From: Lytechinus pictus
Lineage: Eukaryota
Length of the DNA: 64,000 nt
Direction of reading: 5' to 3'
Assembly: GCF_037042905.1 (NCBI RefSeq)
Contig: NC_087251.1
Span: forward strand, 33,668,001-33,732,000
A model generated the notes under the pieces. That model was not told the DNA's origin. It was given only the letters and a program-made list of their open reading frames with translations, and did not search any database. Positions 54,568 through 64,000 of the stretch are shown piece by piece; the stretch's first letter is position 1, and every line of letters starts with the position of its first letter. A program made the translations under genes and the position numbers.

Positions 54568-54796
54568 GCTTTTGCCTTCTATATAAACTTCATATGTGTC
54601 GATTGAAATATATTGATACATGCTCAGAACCTGCATATAACCATAATTAAACTGCATGAACTATATCTTTACGACTTGTCCTGTCTACTCTTAACCCTGG
54701 ATGATTATTTATTATGGATACTATTGCCTTCATAGGGCTGATCTCCGAAAGCAGCGGAGGGAGAAAACCAGGAAGGAAGAAGGTGCCCAGGACCAG

Positions 54797-56761
54797 GGGC
54801 CTGTTGCATGACGAGATGAGCGATACGTAGGAACGTCCTAGGACCATTCTTCCGAGATAGGAAGATTGGCGACAAATCAGCGCTTTCCGTTTCACGAAGG
54901 CAATCTTGTCTTCCCAGTCCGCGACATCGTTTGATATCGATAGTATCGGAAAAATATTTAGTCTTCATCGTCACCTGAACCTTTTATTTCTGAATGACGA
55001 CTTTACATAAAATCCGATATTTCAATAGTAGGAGATCAAAGAATGTTTTGTTTATTCCTGATAGTAGAATTGATGTATGGAGCTTACTTTATGAGGTTAA
55101 AAGAGAAAAAACTTTAAAGATTCACAAACATAACTAAATAAAATCGAAATTTTCATTATTTCCCTTATTTAGAACACGGTGTCTTTGTAGAGACACCTTT
55201 TATTGATATTTCAACGAAAGAGACCCTTGTCCGACATAAAAATTGATTTAACTAAGTAATTTCGACATTTATTAGTTCAATATTCTGTATTTTTATAGAA
55301 TACTTGTATATAATGGGATATAATGATAATTTTGCAAATTATGCGTTAATATGTTATTTGTTGAGGTAAATATAGGGTTTGAATGGAGTAAACAAAATCA
55401 ACAGTGTCTGATTGTATGAGACTAAAAAGGAAAATATGAGAGGCTGCGTGTGAAAAATCTAGTTTATTTATTTTATTTATCAGATATAACGCAAGAAATA
55501 CAAATGTGAGTGTTTAGAGTATAAACATACCTCAGTTGCATGATGAGTAACAGAAGAAAATGAAAATATGAAAATGGCTGCTAACATGTCCAAGTGGATT
55601 ACTTTGCAATAATAATTAAAACATAGAAAAAGGTGTGAATCAATCCGCAATGGAAAAAATACTTTTACAGAAATAATGCTAAATATGACAACGATCATAA
55701 ACGCTGGTCATATTTAAAGATGATCACTTAATTTATGGAAGTTTATATAAGAATATAAGGTTTAAGAAATAACATAAAAAATATATATGTTCAACATTTC
55801 AAAGTTAAGGAGTATAGAGATTATATGCTATGACATAAGGGCCGAAAGGGGCCTACCCTAAGATTTAAAGTGCGCCTCTTCGATGGACTTTCCATAATCT
55901 TTTCTTTAATGAACTTATCTTCATTTGTAATGATTGTGATGGATTCGTAAGCTATAGGCTTAATCTGTATCTTAAATTCAATATTAGCTGCAGGTTTTTT
56001 GTTTTGTTTCACTGTTTCAAATCCAACAATTAATTTTCATTGATTAAAATAAATCTCAGCAAAAAAAATAAATATAATGAAAATAAAATGAAAATAAATA
56101 AATGATTTAGCATGTTTAACATCTTAGTTTTGTTTGTCTTGTTTTTTTTTTTGCTGAATGTTTTTTAACACGTTTTTTACCTTACTTAATTTATTTTAAA
56201 GAAATTTGTTGTTTATCTTTAATGAGAAAGCATGAGGGGTCGGCTAAAGAGATATAGTGCCGCCCATTTTAAGTATTTCATGTTTATTTTTTTAATAGAA
56301 AAGGGGTGGGGATAAGACGGAGGGAAAATAGAAGAAAACATATTAAAAAAAATATTTGGCCCTATACATTACCCCCGGGAATAATACATGTACCCCGGAG
56401 AAGTTAAAATGACATCCGTTTTTGGTCGTCCTGCCGTGCAAAAAGACGACCTGAAATTGATGACAACTAGCCCCCATATAAAAAATAACTTGGCGCCATC
56501 CCAGATCAAATGCATCAGAGTGCAACCAAAAAAATGTTTAGAGGTGATGTGTCAGTGTGGCTTGCCGTAAATGCATTTTCTCTCAATACCGACGGTGGCG
56601 GGCGGTGTGCAAAGAAGATCATGCCTACGTAGGACATGTCTGGAGGTGTCTTTCCAAGGACCATTCTTCGTATCGCCCAAATTGGCTTTATGAAACAGTT
56701 GAGCGATATCTCGTTCTTACGTAGAATGGTTCTACGAAAGACCCTTTCATGCAACAGGCCC
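54797..56761. mobile_element. 2-kb non-autonomous Harbinger element (CAG TSD) in ARV1 intron 1
   Basis: CAG|gggcctgttgcatga ... tcatgcaacaggccc|CAG; subterminal aggaccattctt and tacgtagga repeats; no transposase ORF. Confidence 0.85.
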
Positions 56762-57182
56762 CAGGTGCCTGGCGAGCTGGCCTGGGTGGATGTACCGGTA
56801 CAGTGGCCTACATAGATAGGACGTAGACAGGTCGTAGATAAAACCACAATTATAATTGGCATTATTTCTATGAAACAAGATATTATTCACTCTATCGTGA
56901 GAGATATAACTATCAATATCAACAACTTTATTGCCAACATTTCTACGATATTGATCTCATTTTTAAACAAGAATTCATTAATAAAGATCAAGAAAAATAT
57001 GATTGAAAAGATGGGGAAACTTGCTCGATGTTTACACCGCCATCTTTTTCTTATTGATCTTCGCCAACGTTACAGCTTTGGCGAAGAACAATAAGAAACA
57101 AGATGGCGGCATATACATCGTATTCGTATAGTATTCTGCCCTGCCACACTCACACTAGTAGTAGTACGAGCTTAGTATATAT

Positions 57183-60138
57183 CATAGAGATGTATACTAA
57201 TTATGCTAGAGTGCGGAGTCGCCATAGGCGCGCGTACTTAACGTCTGTGATTGCGCGGAGCATGGTCGGCCATTGCTCGATAGGTCTAGATTCGCAAAAG
57301 TACCTGGATGTACCCATAGCTCGTACGTTGTAACGCTGAGAAAAGGGATGCTGTCTCCGGCTTTTATCTTGAAGAAACGAATCCAACCTCATTACAATTG
57401 AAAATATGAAAGACAAATTGTATCTCGATAAACTATTAGTGTGATTACATGGGAATTCTGCTATTAATTTGTCTTTTTATCTGGATTCTCGGGATGAAAT
57501 TCTCTATACAGTGTATTTACGATTACCTGCCACTGATGCCTGTTAGGCCTATAGATAATAATATATAACAGTATTGATAATATGACATAAATAAGTAGAA
57601 AAAAATAAAACATACAACATTAAAAGTAAATTTTGACAATCATTTCAAAAGACAGTGATTTAGCCCATCTTCTCCGGACTTCCCTATCTTTGGCTTTAAT
57701 GATAGTTGATACATCATCCTTTGGCACATTCCTTCGTCCACATGATTCCGTGTTCTCATGACCAATTTTTTTATGATGGATATAATTTTGTAAATTTAAT
57801 TCATTTCAACTCTATTCGTTTCACTTCACCTCAATTCATTTTTTTTTTCATTCAAACATAATACAAAGTAATATATATCGGATAGGCTACAATTTTACAG
57901 ATGAATATTCTTATCTTGTAAAAAAACCAGTAGGCCTATAAAATTGAGCATCAAATGACCAACTGCATGAAACTTGCATTAATTTGTATTAAGTATATAC
58001 TAGTTTTTTTAAATGTACAATAATTTGTATAAGTGTTTTGATCTTTGATTACTATTTTATTAGCAAGGTATAGAGTATTTAAAGGGCATCTTATTAATTT
58101 TACATCATGGTGAGCCTCCCGTTACACCATCAATGGTAAAACTATATTGGGTTTTCAGTGCACTTGTTAATTTTTTTTCTCATAGGAACATGATAAATTC
58201 CCTAAATCTGCAGGCCTATATCGCACCGAAAATGAAATTGTTCAAAAAATTTTGCTTTTAATACCCTTCTATTTAAGTTAGAATCGGTTTATTTTATTCG
58301 CTTTTTAGGGGGTGGGGTGTAATTAAAGTGACATACGCACCCGGAAGAAAATTCACAATCAAAATAAAAGTATACAAGTACAGGGGGCTCGACTGGACCC
58401 CTCCCTGACAGGTATCACTTGAGGTTAAAATTATGATCACTCAACAGCCAACAATAATTGTATTATCTTATTACAAGTATTTGTCAGTTTTACAATAGGC
58501 CTATTATTGCTTAATATGTTTGGTTTTTGTACTCACAATTTTGCAAAACTTTTTTATTTTAAGTTTTATTAGGATTGCAATAGATGTATCTCAGGATATT
58601 TGTTATCAATTGGTTTTATACACTCAGTTGTAGTAATAATATTCGTTGTAGTATAGTACAAATCATAATTACAACTCACTCCCGCTCTGTTTCTTCTCCT
58701 TCTTCCATACCTTAATTATTATTCGATCCTTGATTTGTTCACATAAAAATTTGTCAAATCAAAGGATTAAACATCAGCGATATGTCAACAGAGTATTTCA
58801 GCCGATCAGTATATTATTTCAGCCGGGGGGGGGGGGGGGGGGGGTTAAGTCTAGATTTTCCAGAAAATCAAAGAGAAACTCTTTTATGTTGCGTTAAACA
58901 CGCATTGTAATTTGTTTATCATGTTATTTGCAAGGCAATACTGTAAACATAATTTCCCCCATTAGGCCTCCTGTACATTACAAAATTGTACAACTGCATG
59001 CGCGTTTTTGATATGCAAATTTTGCTGTCAACAAACTTTTCTACATTGATTTGCACATAAGAAAGTAATTAAAATGATCTGATGGTTGCCAACATTGGAA
59101 ATCTAAATAATATAACTTATAGATTCATCAATTAACTGGACCAATGCGTAAATAAATTTCAAACATTATCAATAAAAAGTAATTTTATGACTCACGAGTT
59201 ATTGTGATGACGGTTACATCGACATAAATCCATGGGGAAAAGGAGTTATGCCCATATGATTTCTATGTGTAGATCTATATACATGTATATATGGAAAATA
59301 AATTATAACAAATATTCTAAAAAATGAAGAAATAAATTATCAGCATCATGATTATTATGAAACTACTTGAAAAAATGCAATTGTGTTTTTTATCAATATT
59401 GTGTCTCAGATCAGGCGCAGATCCAGGATTTTCCAAAAGGGGGAGCCGGGGATGGATAATTCAAGGGGGGGGGGGTACACTTGTGTTTTAACGGCATTTA
59501 ACATTACAAATTTTAACTGTGCCTCTCAAAATTGGGGGGGGGGTACAAGCGGATCTGCCCCCTCCCCCTTAGATCCGCCAGTGTCTCAAATGCATTAGAC
59601 ACTGTTATATGGCCTGTAGGCCAAGTTAGGCTTTCTTGACTAAATTTCTGAGGTCAACTTGAACACCATGCATGTTAAATTTGTTAATCAGGACTCCCTA
59701 GAACAATATGCCCAGGCCTACATGTTATTTTTAATATTCATCCCTTCCAAATCATTAGAAAATAACAGTCACATTAGTGTATCGAAATGTTATGACCAAA
59801 ACAAAAACAATTGGGGATGTCTATCATTGGCCTGAAAATAGGCCTATTATGCGCTATTGATATTCCTATACAGGCATTTTTGTTCTCAGTTTCGTTAGAT
59901 TTTTTGTTAATTCAAACTGTAATTCTGTACATTCAATACTATTTAACTTTTCCATTTGCTTTCGCGCTCATATGTCATAATTTTGTTCCGTTTCTGTGCT
60001 ATCACTTTACATGCCCCATAGGTACTGTACGCGCATGGCAGGCTGCGAAGACCTATCGAGTAATGGCGGCCGGTCTCCGCGTAATCACAGCGATTTGACG
60101 AAGTACGCCCTCTAGCGTTATTAGTATATATCTCTATG
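57183..60138. mobile_element. 3-kb non-autonomous P- or hAT-type element
   Basis: Perfect 8-bp TSD gtatatat; ~33-bp TIR catagagatgtatactaattatgctagagtgcg / cgccctctagcgttattagtatatatctctatg. Confidence 0.85.
59412..59583. mobile_element. hAT MITE nested in the 57183 element
   Basis: TIR caggcgcagatcc / agatccgccagtg; 8-bp TSD tctcagat / tctcaaat. Confidence 0.75.
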
Positions 60139-60151
60139 GTATATATATATA

Positions 60152-60835
60152 TAGGGTGTCTGAAGCCACACTGAAAAGTGTCAGCATAAAACAGGCTGAT
60201 TTAAGGGAAAATATGGCACATTTTTTCGGGGAAGTTCAGGCTACTAGAAAAATGTGATCTGAATTGATTATTAACTTGTGTTTAGCATATATATGGAAAG
60301 AGAAAATTCAGGGGCTTCTTTTGACAGTAAAGACAAGTTTATATGATCATTTTAAATAAGGATTTAGAGATAAATTGCAAACCCTTATTTTTGTGGGTGT
60401 TGAGATTGCCATTTCTCCATGCGTTTTCTATGGGAAAATGAAATTTCTGTTTTGCAAAATTTTTTCACTTTGTTGCAATTTTTCATTGTTATCTGGTTTC
60501 CAAGATCTTTATAAAAATCATACCATCAGATAGAGCATAAAAAATCCTATTGGACTCTTTATGGACAAGTTTTTGGTATTAATTATAAATTTATAACAGC
60601 TCTCGGAAGCTAAAAATTAGGATTTGTGTGTGTCCATTTCTTAACTACACAGTCTATGGCAGAGAAATGCTGAAAATTGACCTAATTTCATTCTTCTTTT
60701 TTGCAGCCAATAATTTGATTTTTTTCAAAAATGTTACATTTCTGTCAGTCTGAGGGTAATTTCTCTTCAAATTCACAAAGAAAATGTGATATTTTCTTGA
60801 AATAAGAAAAATAATTTTTTTCTCCAGACACCCTA
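60152..60835. mobile_element. TIR element inserted in a (TA)n site
   Basis: tagggtgtctg / cagacacccta termini flanked by (TA)n. Confidence 0.7.
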
Positions 60836-61806
60836 ATATATACTAACCTTGTACACCGAACCGTGTTTGACCCTTGATTTCGATGTAGTCGCAAACATCG
60901 CTTCATTGCTGAAGTAATATTTGCCGAAACTCCTCGCTACTCACCGGGGCTCTTTCCGGTAAGTAGCAATACATTAAAAAATTAAAAATATAATTTAAAT
61001 ATAATAATGGTAAAAAAGAGCAAATTTCGCTTACCTCGGCCTGGAAAGTAACTTCGCTTGTCTCTTCTACGGAAATACAAGGAGGCCCGTTGGTGGCGCT
61101 AATAAATTTCACAACCTTGATTCAGCTCCTCGGTAATTTTATAACTGTGTCTAAATTCTTTGAATGCGCAATTCTTATGATTAATTTACTAATTATGGGC
61201 ACCAATAAATGAAATACCTTCAAACATGTCAAAAACATAATTCAAGATTATTATTGGCGATGATAACACCTTTCTGCAATTAATTTAAAACGATGACTAA
61301 TAAAGAAAAATTGAAAAAAATATACGTGCCTGGAACGAAACCAGCAGTACAGGCTTTAACGAACATCAATAATACGGTATACCAAAGTCTTTACAATGAA
61401 AAGATTGGACACTTCACGGACTTTGCGTAATGACCTGCGTCAATTTGCGTGTCAAATAGTGTAGGTGCCTAGTCTTTCCTTTGTCGTGTCTTTGATATGA
61501 ATATAAATCGCGCGCCCTCTTTAGACGAAAATTGATATCGGCGCTGACCAAATTTTATCTCCGTGAAATCTTCACTAAAGATCAAGAAAATATACATATT
61601 TTTTAGAAGAAACTTCAAGGAGAAGTCACGGAAGGATCTAAATGATTGGGTAAGTGTCATAGCAGAATGTGAAATCCCTAATTATGTGTGATGTTTTATG
61701 TGGGCGAAAGCCCAGTAGTATATGGATGTGTCGTGTGTGTCGCGTTATTATGAATGATATTCCTTCGCACGCGAGATGATATGAGCCCATGGGTGGCCCT
61801 GCCATA

Positions 61807-62544
61807 GACTTTAAGGTTAGCGATACGCCATGATTTTGGCATCAACACATTGACAAGCGAACTGACGTGCCTATACAAATTTTGTGCACATCTGCGAGAG
61901 CGCGCTAGTGCCTACCTTGGGGTAAAAATCTACCACGGTATAGGGACATAGAGGGGGTTTACATTATTTTGCACACAAAAGTGATCATTGTAATTTATTA
62001 TGGATGTTATTGGTGGTAATGTAGTTGTAGTGCAATGTAAAATATATATATTTTGTGGGGGGGGGGGGGCTATTTATCAATTGGATTCTAAGTCTATTTC
62101 AGTTAAGTAATAGATAAATAGCATCCCCCATCAAAATATTCTGACCAGTGATCTATGCTTAGACGAGTTTGGTGATGTGACTTTAAGGTTAGCGATACGC
62201 CATGATTTTGGCATCAACACATTGACAAGCGAATTGACGTGCCTATACAAATTTTGTGCACATCTGCGAGAGCGCGCTAGTGCCTACCTTGGGGTAAAAA
62301 TCTACCACGGTATAGGGACATAGAGGGGGTTTACATTATTTTGCACACAAAAGTGATCATTGTAATTTATTATGGATGTTATTGGTGGTAGTTGTAGTGC
62401 CATGTAAAATATATATATTTTGTGGGGGGGGGGCTATTTATCAATTGGATTCTAAGTCTATTTCAGTTAAGTAATAGATAAATAGCATCCCCCATCAAAA
62501 TATTCTGACCAGTGATCTATGCTTAGACGAGTTTGGTGATGTGA
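61807..62544. repeat. Near-identical ~370-bp tandem duplication
   Basis: 61807-62178 vs 62179-62544; differ by a few substitutions, a 5-bp indel and G-run length. Confidence 0.95.
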
Positions 62545-62666
62545 AGTTAGCGGCCACTTAAGTGTAAAAATAATTTAGGCCCCAATTAAAACTTGGGAAT
62601 TACAGAAATCGGCATCCAGTTTCACCCTGTCTGTTCAATGCCAAAAGTAGGTCATGATTGATTAGT

Positions 62667-62936
62667 GGGTGCATCGTGGTCTAGTGGTTCTGACTCTTGC
62701 CTTTGAAACAGAGGGTCGTGGGTTTGAATCGTAGCCATGGCATATTTTCCTTCAGCAAGAAATTTATCCACACTGCTGCACTCGACCCAGGTGAGGTGAA
62801 TGGGTAACCGGCAGGAGTAATTCCTTGCATGCACTGAGCGCCGGTGATGGTAGCTCGAGCTAAAGCCGAGATAATAATAGCAGCCCTTTGTATCCTCTGG
62901 CAAAAAGGGCTTTGTAAATCTAGCTATTATTATCAT
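62667..62936 (+). mobile_element. Full-length tRNA-derived SINE in ARV1 intron 1
   Basis: A box tggtctagtgg, B box ggtttgaatc, central cactcgacccaggtgaggtgaatgggtaacc, tattattat tail. Confidence 0.85.
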
Positions 62937-63221
62937 AAGTAACAATAGGGGTCAATGCTTTACGTAAAGTTTGCAGTACAAGGCCTGAATATGCTAGTTT
63001 TAACTTTAAATATTGTCATTTTCCATTTGTTGTGTAATATGTGCCCTATATGGCCTGTCTTATGAATACTGGCTCTTTAATAACGCTCTGAATAATATTA
63101 TAAATAATCTTTTTTTGAGAAAAGTGTTCCATATGAATTAGCAAGCAGGCCCTCTCTCAACACCAAAGGCCCCAAAGTTGGTAACTTTCATTTGTAATCT
63201 CTTATATGCATTTCTGAACAG

Positions 63222-63341
63222 GAGAAGTGCAAGCAAGTAGTGGACAAGTATGTAGAGTTTGATCCTGTCATTGTTCTGATAGACGCTCTACTCTTCAAAC
63301 CGCAGGCATATCGGCACGTACTCTTCAACAAAGATATTACA
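63222..63341 (+). CDS. ARV1: ARV1 coding exon 2
   Basis: Acceptor ...tttctgaacAG at 63220-63221; translates EKCKQVVDKYVEFDPVIVLIDALLFKPQAYRHVLFNKDIT (40 codons), matching the ARV1 motif DKY(I/V)E(Y/F)DPVI....A.L.K.QAYRH.LFN. Donor GTAAGT at 63342. In frame with exon 1, completing the second CxxC (C|EKC). Confidence 0.95.
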
Positions 63342-64000
63342 GTAAGTCAATATTTTTGCGTACAAACCTGGAGATGAATTATTCCAATTGAATTCATTAG
63401 TTTCTTTTGTCCCATTTCAACCATCTTTCAGGAATAAACTGTTTCTACTGTGTTATGCTAAAACAATATGGAATACCCCTCCCTCCCTTTTTTAACTTTT
63501 AAATTCAGCTCATTCTTTGAAGCTCCAGCAGGACACTCAATTCGTTTTTGGCATCACCCTTTTTTTAAATTAATATGAGAAAAGAATTGTATCTAAAATC
63601 ATAACAATTTTCATTTATGTTCTCATAATAGTTTTGAAAGTCATTTCTTATTTGCTTTTTAAGAAAACATGCTTACATATCCAATATAAAAAATATGCTC
63701 ACTTCATATGAAAAATCATTTCGCACAATATTTTCTTTTAACTCTTGATTTTGTCCCGTAGTTCCATTGGCGATTGTGCATTGTGTGCCTTCTCTGTGAT
63801 GCCTATATGAAATGGGCTCACAAATCTGATGCCCCTTCTGAGGAGGAAAGTAAGCCATTCCTACACTATGCCCTCCAGTGGGACTTCTATGCCATGTTCA
63901 CGATTGCAGGATTAGGTAAGTTGACATTTGTTTGCTAGACAGTCTGGGGCCCTGATTCTTGGATCAATTTAAGATCTGACTCACTGGGGGCTCTGTAGAA

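Noticed and set aside
57103..57333. ORF starting at a strong-context AAGATGGCGGC
   Set aside because: It runs into a transposon TIR after 27 codons and has no homology; the ATG is part of the palindrome.

Overview
AT-rich eukaryotic (animal) genomic DNA, mostly intronic or intergenic. The repeat families resemble those of sea urchins, but that is my inference and is not verified. The only confidently coding sequence is the first two exons of ARV1 on the + strand (54401-54511 and 63222-63341, encoding the CxxC...CxxC Arv1-homology domain); the gene continues beyond the window. The left ~48 kb look like the 5' end and long introns of an unidentified divergently transcribed - strand gene, with candidate non-coding exons near 47.9-48.2 kb, 47.2 kb and 32278-32514; no coding exon of it was recognised. 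The rest is a dense set of non-autonomous DNA transposons (Kolobok/T2-type TTAA MITEs, Harbinger, hAT, Sola-like, MULE-like, P/hAT-like), several of them nested, plus tRNA-derived SINEs, a Helentron-type element and microsatellites. The most notable element is a 424-bp palindromic Penelope-like retroelement remnant (42719-43142). It keeps the C-terminus of a GIY-YIG endonuclease and carries a minimal hammerhead ribozyme motif in each inverted arm. Almost all ORFs in the supplied track are spurious. There is no prokaryotic system or CRISPR array.
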